Assembly (NCBI RefSeq): GCF_006345805.1
Contig: NC_043011.1
Span: forward strand, 37,212,464 to 37,276,463
Reading direction: 5' to 3'
Length of the DNA stretch: 64,000 bases
From: Octopus sinensis
Lineage: Eukaryota
Shown piece by piece: positions 39,444-52,113 of this stretch (the first letter of the stretch is position 1; each line of letters begins with the position of its first letter). The notes beneath the pieces are model-generated. The model saw nothing but the letters and a program-made list of their open reading frames with translations, was not told where the DNA came from and did not search any database. Both the position numbers and the translations under genes were made by a program.

Positions 39444-39716
39444 TGTCTATATATATATATACATTTGTGTATATATGCATATCTGTATATATATATTTAT
39501 ATATGCATATGTATATATATATGCATGGGTATATATAAATATATATATATATACATATATATATATGTGTGTGTGTGTGTATGTGTATATATAAATAAAT
39601 ATATATAAATATATATATATGCATATATATATATGTATATGTATGTGTATATATAAATAAATATATATATATATATATATGTATATATTTATTTATATAT
39701 ACACATACACACACAC

Positions 39717-39781
<65 letters not shown>

Positions 39782-39948
39782 TGCATATATATATACATAT
39801 GCATATATAAATATATATACAGATATGCATATATACACACATGTATATATATATATATATATATAGACATGCATATATATATATATATATGCTTATACTT
39901 ATGTATGTTGAAGATGCTGGTTAATAAAGTCGAGTATACATTGTATAT
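39335..39948. repeat. About 60-bp inverted repeats enclosing a roughly 490-bp TA-rich microsatellite
   Basis: 39335-39394 versus 39889-39948, 2 mismatches. Confidence 0.85.
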
Positions 39949-40082
39949 ATATATATACATTGTATATATATATATACAGACATATGGTTAATGAGAGATG
40001 AAAGATACGAAAATTTTTCTTAATCACAACAGTTATTTCGGCCCATCTTAAACAACTAGTTCAGTAGCATCCGATGGTGTAG

Positions 40083-40118
<36 letters not shown>

Positions 40119-40615
40119 GTTGTGTATGTGGTCACTTATGCTTCCTCGCTCTTCTGAATATATTTCAGAAAAAACGATGCAAACGTCTTTTATTGGAATA
40201 TCTTCTTTCTATGCAAACACTTGTTTCTGCTTTCTGGTACCTCATCAGCTTTGAGCAAACGCTTCTGAATGTATCAAGTTATTAAAAGATTGTATATAAA
40301 AATGATTGTTTTGTAATGAATGCGGTGATGAGGTAAGGAAGGAAAGGAGGAAAAAGAATAAGAATATAAAATAAATGTTTTTCCTTTTCCTTGTCAGTCT
40401 TTTCTTTCTTACTGTTTCTTTCAAATTTTGGCAGAGGGGCATTAATTTTGAGGGGTAGGGTTAGTGGATTACATTGAGTGATAGTTTATTTTTGTCTATG
40501 CTGAAAGAGGGGACGACAAAGTCTGCCTCTGAGCAATCAGAATTTAGAACGTAAAGGGCCGCTAATCATTTCGTCCAACGCGCTGACGATTCTCCAACTG
40601 GTAGCCAAGCATTAC

Positions 40616-40836
40616 TTACTCTTTTACTTGCTCCAGTCATTTGACTGCGGCCAGGCTGGAGCACCGCCTTTAGTCGAGCGAATCGACCCCAGGACGTATT
40701 CTTTGTAAGCCTAGTACTTATTCTACCGGGTCTTTTATCGAACCGCTATGTTACGGAGGCGTAAATACACCAGCATCGGTTGTCAAGCGATGTTGGCGGG
40801 ACAAACACAGACACAGAAACATATACACAAACATAA

Positions 40837-40910
<74 letters not shown>

Positions 40911-41074
40911 TACGACGGGCTTCTTTCAGTTTCCGTCTATGAAATCCACTCACAAGGCTTTGGTCGGCCCGAGGCTATAGTAGAAGACACTTGCCTAAGG
41001 TGCCACGCGGTGGGACTGAACCCGGAACCATGTTGTTGGTAAGCAAGCTACTTAGCACGCAGCCACTCCTGCGC
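40616..41074 (-). mobile_element. SINE family B, full length
   Basis: Complete match to the family. Confidence 0.9.
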
Positions 41075-41157
41075 TTTAGAAATAATATAACTCATATGGA
41101 ATCTATTTTTAGAAACCCAAATAAAATTAGAATAAAAGTGAAACAACTTTAGCATAG

Positions 41158-41540
41158 ACGCAGAAGTGGCTGTATGATAAGTACCTTGCTTACGAACCAC
41201 AGTGTTCCGGGTTCAGTCCCACTGCGTGGCAACTTGGGCAAGTGTCTTCTACTATAATCTCGGGCCTATCAAAGCCTTGTGAGTGGATTTGGTAGACGGA
41301 AACTGAAAGAAGCCCGTCGTATGAGTGTTTGTGTGTTTGTGTTAGTGTATCTATATCTGTCCCCCAACAACACTTGGCAACCGATGCTAGTGTGTTTACG
41401 TCCTGTGACTTAGCAAAAGAGACCAATGGAATAAGTACTAGGCATACAAAGTATATGTCGTGGGGACGATTTGCTCGATTAAAGACGGTGCTCCGGCATG
41501 GCCGCAGTCAAATGACTGAAACAAGTAAAAGAATAAAAGA
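41158..41540 (+). mobile_element. SINE family B, full length, head-to-head with the previous copy
   Basis: Complete match to the family; about 85-bp spacer. Confidence 0.88.
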
Positions 41541-44500
41541 ATGTGTAGAAGACCGAAATTAGGTTCTAAACGTGAAAATAGAGAAAGCATGAATTCAGTG
41601 GTCGTAGATGACGATCTCAGACTTTGGATTCGAATTTTTGGGAATATCTTAGGCAGGATTATGGTGCCTGCACATAGTAAGAGACTAACCATAAACCGTG
41701 ACCTGACCTCAGGCAGTTTGATAGCCATTACTGACAACTATGAACAGGAAAGATTTTGCTCTCACCTCGTCAATTCGTTCATAATATCAGTCATCCATAA
41801 CAGAACCAGTGCCCTGAAACATATGTAAATCTAACCTTATATAAAATGAATATCGCCTACGATTGACTAATTCAGAATTGAGTAAAACGAAATTCTTTGC
41901 GTTAGAATCATTTTTTTTTATTTTAAGAAGACATTGTTGGAAGCCGATACAACAATAGAAGTGCTTTTGTAGCTGTGATAGATACGACACAAAACCTGAG
42001 CTACTAATGACACAAATGTCGGCTTCAAACCACACTACACCGAGGCGTATCCCTTTTATTTTGTTCTGGTATAATGCATAATGTTTCATAGAATTTTCTT
42101 GCATTTAGCTTATCTATTTATGAAGGAACACATATAAAACAATTGAAGTTATATCAGTAAAAGAAGAAATGTTTGGACTAGAAGCCATGAAAGAAACAGC
42201 GTTCATATTAATGTTTACATTAAAACTGCGTTCAACACAGCCTTTCGAAATGCTGATATTCTACTGAATAAACTTGACAACTTTACAGCAGTAGAAGCAC
42301 TCGCAAAATTTGTGAGGAAATGTACGATTAAGTGCAATTATGTTAAGTTACCAAAGCTTTCCCACGTCTCCCTAGTTTTGTTGTCTTATTCATCGTGCAT
42401 CTTACGCTGAGAATGCAAAGATTATAAGCCCTGCCGTATAAACTGCACTGGCGTTTCTGAATTTGTGATGAAGACTTCAGCTACAAAAAGACTCAATTCC
42501 ATATCATTTTGTTGCACTGTAAGAAGGGCGTGCTTAACCACTTTCGTCTTACGATATTTGTTTGCCTCTGTTGGTGTTTATTAATTTCATTTCCGAAAGA
42601 AAATGAAGCGATATAATGAATAAACTATGAGTTCTGAAATTTGGCATTCCAGGGGTAATAAGCTTTCTGATCTCGCTGAAGTAATTTTCACCTTTTGATA
42701 TAAAATTAATGTTTCATAAAGAAAGATATCGACAGGAAAATGCCGTCACTTTTCCTAACTCACAAGAATGGTAAATACACTACCTGATGGAAAAATAAAG
42801 ACCACAAGTCAGTGGTAAATTTGTCAAGGACTGCTTCAATAATTTTCTAGCCATCTTTGCAAAGCTGGAGAAAAGTTCTTGCTTTACCAAACGTCTACAA
42901 AGTTGGAAAAGCTGATGTCTTGCCTCAAATATATTGCAGATCTTACCAGTACTATTTACCCAAGACACTAGTTTCTGCATATATGACTGTCAGTTGTGGA
43001 AATAGAACAACGGAACATCCTACATTTAAAAATGATCCACAATTCCCAGTCTATAATCTGAATTCCTCTTTGCATTTCGAATGGCTGATGTTGTCATTAA
43101 CAGATATCCAAACATCTGATGTCTGGTTAAAGAATTGAATGTTGTTAAAATAGAAATACATATGAACTCCCGTTTAAAGACAATTCGAAGGTCCTCATTT
43201 ATAATGCGAAATCTGTTTTAATTTTCTCGCGTAATTGCGTTTAAAACCGATGTATAAATCCTAGTCTAATTTGTTCTGTGAAAAGATATAAAGATAGTTA
43301 ATAGTTAACAGGAGAAACGTAGTCAACATCTCAACTCCATTTTCAATCTAACTTCTGTTAGGTATCACTGTATTGTAAATTAAAATTTTGAGGTAGAATT
43401 ATCGTCTAATTATTAAAAATTGAACCTTGTTAGAACTAATTCGAAGAATATCTTTGTCAACATATCGGCCAGATTCTCAATGATCAGCCAAGGTAAAAGT
43501 CTACAAGAATAGGAAATATAGCCTTTAATAGACTAATAACTATAGTACTTTTCTGTGCCATAGAAGGAATGCAGCGAGCATTAGAGCCTCGGGAAAAAAC
43601 GGCTCGCCTTTTCTCCTTTCATGAGTCGATAAAATAGAACAAAATTCTAATACTTATGTTCTGCAGACAAAGAGCGTGACTTTCCAGTTGGTGCGGGCTA
43701 ATGTTACCTTCAATCTCTTTCTATACCGAGACAAAGTAACAACTTCGCCTCAGATTTGGTGATGCAGATATACACGTCAATAAATGCGCGCCTAATTCCT
43801 AGCTTCACGTACTTAAATTTTTAATCTTCTCTGAGATTTCAATACTTATATAATGGTATGGCTTTGTGGTTAAGGAATCCGCCTTGCGCCCACGTGATTT
43901 CAAGTTTAATCTCACTTCATAGAAACTTGGTCATCTTCTTTATCCTCTTCTTTTGGGTCATCTTCTTTAGACCCCGGCCGTCCACTGACTTGCGAGTGAA
44001 TTTGGCAAAGGAAAATGTGCTGAAGCTCATAGCGTGTAAGAACATTAGAATTAGCGTCTTCTTCAAACTTCAATAGAATAATTCAAAACATATTCTAACA
44101 CTGAATATTTCAGAAAAACAAAGCAGACCGGGGTTACCAGCTAAGGATCGGATACAATTATCTCTGAATAATATGAACATTTGGACTCTTTCAATTGGCT
44201 CGACAAGCGTGTTATGTAATTTACGCTTCTATTTAATCAACAGAGGATGTTAAACACATACAAACGCGCGCGCACACTCACACTCACAGATACATGCACA
44301 CATATACATATATACACACATATATGCATACAAACATACATAGACAGCTGCCAACTGATGAAGGGTCATTCTTTATGGTTGTTACTTGTCCTGTTTTCCT
44401 ATTTGTTTCTCTCGTTGTTTGCATATTGAACTCATTTGTTTTCGTATTTCATGTTGTTTACTGTTGGTGATGTCCTGTACCCATATATGCATATGTATAT

Positions 44501-45203
44501 ATATATATATATATATGCATGCGTGTGTGTGTGTGTATGTATGCATGTGTGTGTATCTATCTATCTATCTATCTATCTGGTGTGTGTGTGTGTATGTGTG
44601 TGTGTGGGTACTCAACTTAGAAATCCTAGTATAATAGATACAGCTTTCGCTTGAATTTTAGCAATGCCGATAACGATTGACCCAAATAACGTATGAGTTC
44701 CTTTATCTCTAAATCTTAATCTTTGCCATATTTTGAAGCTAATTTGCAATGTCTATTTCCAACGTTTATGCAACAATACCTCCCATAAATCACGCTTTAT
44801 ATCAGAAGTAATAGGTTAGCGATTATCGAAATAAAACATTTCCCGCAATATCGTTGGTAACATCAATCAAATATTCTTTGAATAAGTCTGGAAAATGGAA
44901 GAGCAGAAGTATAATCAACAAGTTGACCGGTCATCAAAATGATTCACTATGGTCCGCATAAAGCAAAGAAACGCGTCGCTGCTTAATAACAGTGAAATGA
45001 TTGCGTAATATACAACCAAACGGAGTCAACTGAGCGGCATAATAGGTCCCCGGAAAGGTTAAAGCACTGGAGCCTCTGGCACTTATATATAGTCAGCAAG
45101 CCACAGAATCCAGAGATTAGAATTGGGGCCCTAAACGTGTGAGGCCCTGGGCAATTGCCCTCAGTGGACATACCTTAAATTGACTCCACACACGTTGCTC
45201 ATC

Positions 45204-45386
45204 GGTGCAGGCGTGATTATATGGTAAGAAGCTCTGCTTCCCAACCACGTAGCTCCGGGTTCAGTCCTACTGCGTAGTACATTGGGCAAGTGTCTTCTAC
45301 TATAGTTTCAGGCGAACAAAGCCTCGTCAGTGGATTTGTTAGACGGAAACAGAAAAGAAGCCCGTAGTTTATGCACACACACACAC

Positions 45387-45427
<41 letters not shown>

Positions 45428-45648
45428 GCATGTGTGTCTGTGTCTGTGTCTGTGTCTGTATTTGGCACCCCACAATCGTTTGACAACAGATGTGTGTGCG
45501 TGTACGTCCCTGTAACCTAGCGGTTCAGCCCAATAGACCGATAGAATAAGTACTAGGCTTTCACAGAATAAGTGCTGGGATCGATTTGTTCGATTAAAGG
45601 TGGTGCTCCAGCATGACGGCTTGTCAAATGACTGTAGCAAGCAAAAGG
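45204..45648 (+). mobile_element. SINE family B, full length, diverged
   Basis: Head, internal microsatellite and tail all present. Confidence 0.85.
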
Positions 45649-45719
45649 GTAATCAGTTGAGTTCACAATAATCTACGTGAATATACAGATGGATATGCAA
45701 TAGCATATATGCTTCTCTA

Positions 45720-46065
45720 CTCTAGGCACAAGGCCCGAAATTTTGCGGGAGAGGGATCGTCCATTAGATCGGCCCCAGGAGGCTACTGGTACCTCATCTC
45801 TCGACCCCGAAAGGATGAAAGGCAAAGTCGACCTCGGCGGAATTTGAACTCAGAACGTAGCGGCAGACGAAATACTGCTAATCGTTTAGACAAAGGTATT
45901 AAGTCGATTGCACCGACCCCGGTACGGAACTGGTACTTATTTAATCGACCCCGAAAGGATGGAAGGCAAAGTCGACCTCGGGGGAATTTGAACTCAGGAC
46001 GTGGCGGGAGACGAAATACCGCTACGCATTTCGTCCGGCGTGCTAACGTTTCGGCCAGCCTGGTG
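45720..46065 (-). mobile_element. SINE family C, dimeric
   Basis: Two CCCCGAAAGGATG.AAGGCAAAGTCGACCTCGG.GG.ATTTGAACTCAG blocks. Confidence 0.85.
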
Positions 46066-46429
46066 CCTTTGCAATAGCATATTTGAGTGTACAGCTTCTG
46101 GCTGTTTGTTAAATACAAAATGAGATAACATATAATGAACGACTAAATAAACAGACAAAACAGGAAGTTGTTAACAAGATAAAAAAAAAAACAGTTAATG
46201 CCAACAAAGAGATATCAGTAAAACGAAATATGATTTAGCGATAAACATTTAACGACGCGATGAACATGACAAACACTCACATAAGATAGAAATATATGAA
46301 GAACAAAAAATCAGATAAAAATAAAAAATTAATTGGATAAAAACAAACAAGAACATAATTAAACTATAAATAATACTGTGAACACTCTAAGCGGTTGTAT
46401 GAAATAAATAGACACACACACACACACAT

Positions 46430-46461
<32 letters not shown>

Positions 46462-46561
46462 GTGTGAATATGAATGCATATATATATTTGTGTTTATGTG
46501 TGTGTGTGTACGTATGTATGTACGTATGCATGTATATATATATATATTATATATATATATA

Positions 46562-46609
<48 letters not shown>

Positions 46610-47149
46610 CGTGTAGATAATCGAAAATACGAAAAATATAAAATAAAAATATTTTTAAAAATGAGCGTAAAAAAGGATATCAAATAACAAGCTCAAGGAA
46701 TAGAGAGAAATAGGTGAGAAGAGACACAGCAACAATAATTGAATACAATAAACAAACATTATAAAGTAATGACAACTAATAAAGAACCAACTTTATGCAA
46801 AAATAATAATAATAATGACGTAGGTAGAAGTAAATAGAAAAAACAATCAAAGAAAATTAATCAAGCGGATGAAGATAAAATTAAAAATTTGATAAAAAAA
46901 AAGAAACATATCTAAACAACTATAGATAAAACTAAAATATGCCATGAGATTTTTTTTAATGTATCAGAAAAGGAAAACCAAACAGAAAAGATGTAAATTA
47001 AAAGTAAGGGGAATAATGATATAAAATGCAAAATAAAATAAACAAGCAGATAATGAGAAATGGAATTATCAAATATTAGAAACAAGGTTCTACCATTCTA
47101 AAAACATATCTAACAGTTTCCCTGCACGTGCAGCCTATATATATATATA

Positions 47150-47345
47150 TAAGCCTCTGCACGCATTTTTTTCTCTCCTTGTTTCTCTCCGTGTTTCTTT
47201 TCTGTGTATCGTTCTGTTGAAGAGCGTAGGCTCGAAACGTAAAAGACTTGTTTTATTTATATTCCTGAGCACCATACTAATACAATTGTTTGTTTGTATT
47301 CCACCTGCCTTCGTCTTTTGTTTATTTTCATAAAGCTTACCGTTA
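47150..47345 (+). repeat. Repeat family G with HHR-like motif at 47209-47246
   Basis: CTGTTGA-a-gagc(gtag)gctc-GAAA-cg-TA-aaaga. Confidence 0.75.
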
Positions 47346-47359
47346 TATATATATAGGAA

Positions 47360-47656
47360 TTTTTTGCGTAATGAGATAAAACAAAAACAAGGTTGTAGGG
47401 ATATTAGAGCACTTATAGATAGAAGGTCTTACAGCTGTGTCTAGAATATTTAATTCATAATAATATCTCTTCATCGGAGTCGGTGTGAGAGGAAAAACTA
47501 AGTCATAGTTAAAATCGATGTGATACAAAATAGACAGTGAGGTAAAGGAAAGATTATTATTAATTAATATTCTAGAAACAACTGTAAGACATTCTATCTA
47601 TAAATGCTCTAATATCCATACAGCCTTGTTTTTTTTTTATCTCATTACGCAAAAAA
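47360..47656. repeat. Head-to-head inverted pair with about 105-bp arms
   Basis: 47360-47468 versus 47552-47656; left arm has a degenerate HHR on the minus strand (47426-47481: CCGATGA...GACA-cagctg-TA-agac); right arm keeps GAAA. Confidence 0.85.
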
Positions 47657-47798
47657 TACAAATATATACACGCTGACATAGAACGAACCTTGAAACCTTC
47701 ATTCGTAATATTACCGAATTTCGAACTTAACTATGGTCTGTCTATAGCACTTATTCAGCATTACCTGACACCTTTAGGTTTCAATGACACCAATACCT

Positions 47799-47909
<111 letters not shown>

Positions 47910-47911
47910 AG

Positions 47912-48935
47912 TGCATTTACATAAATGACCTTTCCAGTGTCGTACATCACACATCATTGCAAAGTGACAATATTTGCAAACACTAAGCTCCAGCAAATCA
48001 TCAATGAAGAAGCAGACCGAACTCAACTCCAGTCTGATCTATATGCTGTGAGTCAATGGGCAGACAGAAACAAAATGCAACTGAACGAGGGAAAATTTGA
48101 GCTGATGCATTTTGGAAGAAAGTCCACACTAAAACAGCCATACTCTCTTCCTTCAGGGGAACCGCTCACAGCCTCTAACAATATCAGAGGTCTGAGTGTA
48201 ATTGTTGATGACAATCTCAGTTGGAGTGCCCACATCAACAATAAGGTCGATATAGCTCGTAGGATGAGCTCCTGGATCTTAAGAACCTTCCGTCCAGAGA
48301 ACAAGGTGTCATCATACCACTTTTCCCCTCCTTTGTACGGCCACACCTCGAATACTGCTGCCCACTGTGGTCTCCTCATACAAAACAAAACATCTCAAGG
48401 ATTGAATCACCCCAGAGGGCACTCACTAAACGAATTGAAAGCACGACTGCTCTCGGTTATTGGGACCGCCTTAAAGCCTTGAAACTCTACTCTCTCCAAC
48501 GCAGCCGCGAGCAGTACATCATTTGTACCATCTGGAGAATATACCGCCAACTTTGCCCAAACGACCTGAACATTAGTTTCAAGGTCCATCCAAGGCTGGG
48601 ACCATGGGTCATACGTCCCCTGCCCAATTCAGGATCACAGCATATCGGTACACTGCAACATGATTTCTTTTCCTCAACAAGCCCTGCACTGTTTAACATC
48701 GTCCCGAAAGCGATGAAAGAGGAAAAGGATCCCATCAACTTTAAACGGCGTCTGGATAGACTTCTTCAAGGAATACCGGATAAGCCACCCATAGTTAAAT
48801 ACAACTCACCCAACAAGAACTCACTACTTGAATGGACCATAAACAAACCTTGATTTAAACAGGCAGGATTTAGATAATCCTAACACGTGGTGCTATTAAG
48901 TTAGACATGGCCTGGACCAATCTATGGTCGAAAAA
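47912..48935 (+). mobile_element. CR1/L2-type LINE, RT C-terminal half and 3' end
   Basis: YINDL..IFA(N)TKL..LQSDL..W..N.MQLNEGK..V.VDDNLSWSAHI..RPHLEYCCPLWSP..KLYSLQRSRE; frameshifted. Confidence 0.92.
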
Positions 48936-49002
48936 ATGCAAATTAATCTACCTTATCTCCTCTATTTTGTGTTCAAATTTCATACACCTATTTGTAAAAA
49001 TA

Positions 49003-49303
49003 GGAGGCGCAATGGCCCAGTGGTTGGGGCAAATGACACGCGGTCGGAGGATCGGGGTTTCAATTCTCAGACCGGGGGTTGAGTGTGTTTATTGATTGAA
49101 AACACCTAACAGCTCCATGAGGCTCCGGCACGGGGTGTTGGCGACCCCCGTTGTACTCTTTCGCCTCAACTTTCTCTCGCTCTTTCTTCCTGTTTCTTGA
49201 TGGCGTCCCGTCCAGCTGGGCGGGGGGAACACATACACCACAGAAACCGGGAAACCGGGCCTATGAGCCTGGCTAGGCTTGAAAAGGACACATAAATAAG
49301 TAA
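49003..49303 (+). mobile_element. SINE A2
   Basis: A-type head, A2 tail; TSD ATTTGTAAAAATA at 48990-49002 and 49304-49316. Confidence 0.85.
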
Positions 49304-49656
49304 ATTTGTAAAAATAAGGGAATTATTAAAAATTAAAAATTAAAATCCCTTAATAAATTTTGGATTACACTGTACAACCCACTGATGACACTACAGTTAA
49401 TGTCTTCGAGGATAAAGCGCGAATTCTCTCCTCATCGGATGAAGACTTAGCGTCAATTACTTCTGGCTTTCCCAGTGATTTCTCCGCTGTGATATCGATG
49501 TGGTTTGTCATTGCCGAGGCCTACTGGATGGCCGTGGAACCAAGAGAAGCTCATTCGGTCTTCGACACAACTTGTCTTCAGTATTGCTTGGTATCTAGAC
49601 ACTATCCTCACAAAAGTATCAAGCTACTTCAGCTTTTGTGTTCTGGTTCTACGTCG

Positions 49657-49790
49657 GTTACGATGACGAGTATTCCAGTTGGTCTGATCAACAGAACAGC
49701 CTGCACCTGAAATTAACGGGCAAGTAGCTAAACGTGTAAGTTTTCAGCGAGACGGCGTCACACAGAATATGAGAAGGCTGGTCCATTGTT
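49657..49790 (-). mobile_element. Old SINE A 3' fragment
   Basis: CGTCGGTTACGATGACGAG..TTCC.GTT...CAACAGAACAGCCTGC. Confidence 0.6.
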
Positions 49791-50069
49791 TTAGAAACAC
49801 AACTCATTTTTATCAGTTAGGGGAAATAGAGAGATTTTCAACGAGCTCTTTTGTTTCCTTAAGTGTGTCTTGCTGATGAGCAAAAGTTATTGGGACTAAT
49901 TCTGAAATTGACCAATCAAATATTAATTTATGAGTATCTGCGCGCCTAAGTCACCGATTTCAATACGCTGTGTAGTGTAAAAATTATAATTTTTAAGTGG
50001 TTTGACAATTTGGCGTCCAGTTATAGTATAGGTATAATTACTTCTAAACTTATATTTTATACTATTATA

Positions 50070-50126
<57 letters not shown>

Positions 50127-50127
<1 letters not shown>

Positions 50128-50342
50128 CAATTGCAGCGTGGAAGGTGGTCTGTACGCCATTTAAGAAACACACAAAAGCCGTTCGATTCACTTCAACATT
50201 TAAGTTTAATTTGTCAAAATATTTTCGTCGCTAAAATCCGCGACCTGTTCACTGACAAAAATCCGTGCAATTCTGAAATTGTTTTCGTTTCAGCACACGA
50301 TCTCAGATAAAATTACTTGCTATGTGAGTACATCTCCGTAAT
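50127..50342. repeat. ATTACGGAGATGTAC-family repeat carrying a G3-C8 hammerhead
   Basis: Homologous to 8375-8570; duplicated in part at 53550-53735. Confidence 0.8.
50210..50259 (-). ncRNA. Type I hammerhead with compensatory G3-C8 core
   Basis: tttgtca-GTGAACA-g-gtcgc(ggatttta)gcgac-GAAA-atat-TT-tgacaaa; 7-bp stem I, 5-bp stem II. Confidence 0.7.
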
Positions 50343-50693
50343 ATATATATATATATATATATAAATTTATTCAGTTGGTTCGTTTCGGAATGTTCCTTGA
50401 GCTTTCACGCGAATATCTTTTAAATTTTATCTTTGTCTTGAGTACATTTAGCTGAATAAGGGCAAGCGCCCCCTGACACAAATCCAGAAAACGATTCTAA
50501 GTTATCTGCCATTCCTACTTCGATTGTTGCAGAGGTAAAACCCATAATTTTTATTCGCCACCCGCTTTTCACCTTGCTAGTTTTGAGGGACCTCTATGTG
50601 GTTTGCGGGTTCATCTGACTCCTATATCTAGGGAGGCTGGTTCTTTACAGCACCACAATTATATTGTACACATACATATGTACATATATACAT

Positions 50694-50752
<59 letters not shown>

Positions 50753-50760
<8 letters not shown>

Positions 50761-51322
50761 ATATTTCGGAATTGTCATATTGCCAGTTTAGCCAATAAAA
50801 ACACACGCACTATATATTTGGTGTTATTTTGCTTCAGTGATATTTATTTTATTTTATTTTTTTTTTTATTTTATTTTTTTTTTTATTTTTTACATTAATC
50901 TTAATCTTATTTCGGCCAAAGTTCTTTTGTCACACTCCTGTGACCGCATCAGTGGTCCTTTGTTTTCTTCTCACTTACTTGTGTCTCTCCTTACTAACCG
51001 TCAGCCATTTTGTATTTCTATTGTATGTCCATACAATAGAAATACAAAATGGCTGACGGTTAGTAAGGAGAGACACAAGTAAGTGAGAAGAAAACAAAGG
51101 ACCACTGATGCGGTCACAGGAGTGTGACGAAAGAACTTTGGCCGAAATAAGATTAAGATTAATGTAAAAAATAAAAAAAATAAAAAAAAAAAATAAATAA
51201 ATAAATAAATAAAAATAAAAAAAATAAATAAATATCACTGAAGCAAAATAACACCAAATATATAGTGCGTGCGTTTTTAATGGCTAAACTGGCAATATGA
51301 CCATTCCGAAATATAACAATAT
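50753..51322. repeat. Near-perfect palindrome of about 570 bp with a 2-nt loop
   Basis: Arms 50753-51027 and 51030-51322; about 4 substitutions plus A/T-tract length differences; HHR-like motif in each arm (51099-51143 on plus). Confidence 0.92.
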
Positions 51323-51374
51323 CTGTTTCAACACACGACTTCACATAAACATCTTGCACAACAAATATTTAAAC

Positions 51375-51472
<98 letters not shown>

Positions 51473-52035
51473 ATACCCTAAACTTGCTTGCTTGGTTCAT
51501 GCTTTCGATTACCACTATATTGCTGGATACTAGTAATAAATATATATATATTATATTAAATTATATTATATTATACACACACACATATATATGTATACAT
51601 AGGTATATATATATGTATATATATATGCATATATATATACATATACGTATGCATATATATATGTGTGTGTATATATATATTTACATGTATATATATATGT
51701 ATATATATATGTATATATATATATATATAATATATATATGTGTATGTATGTATATATGTGTGTGTGGGCGTGTAAGGATACATACATCCAGCCAGGTATG
51801 TGTGTTTATTCATAACGCATTTCCTTACTGTAGGTTTTTGACACCCCATAAATACAGGAGTATACACACCCACGCACGCACATACTCACACATATATATG
51901 ACATTACATTCCTAGATTATATATATGTATATATATATATATTGATATAGATATATATTATTGTATTTCATTAAATGTATATTATTATTTTACATACATG
52001 TATTTATTGTAATATATATATATGTGTATATATAC

Positions 52036-52075
<40 letters not shown>

Positions 52076-52078
52076 AGG

Positions 52079-52113
<35 letters not shown>

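Noticed and set aside
43430-43495. Minus-strand ENLADMLTK resembling Copia RNase H
   Set aside because: Isolated motif with no RT, integrase or LTR nearby
44356-44380. CTGATGAAGGG at the start of a repeat
   Set aside because: No downstream GAAA or stems in this copy
49360-49710. 116-aa ORF MDYTVQPTDD..
   Set aside because: No recognisable domain, and its 3' end runs into an old SINE A fragment
50837-51238. Two opposite-strand ORFs encoding the same peptide
   Set aside because: A direct consequence of the DNA palindrome
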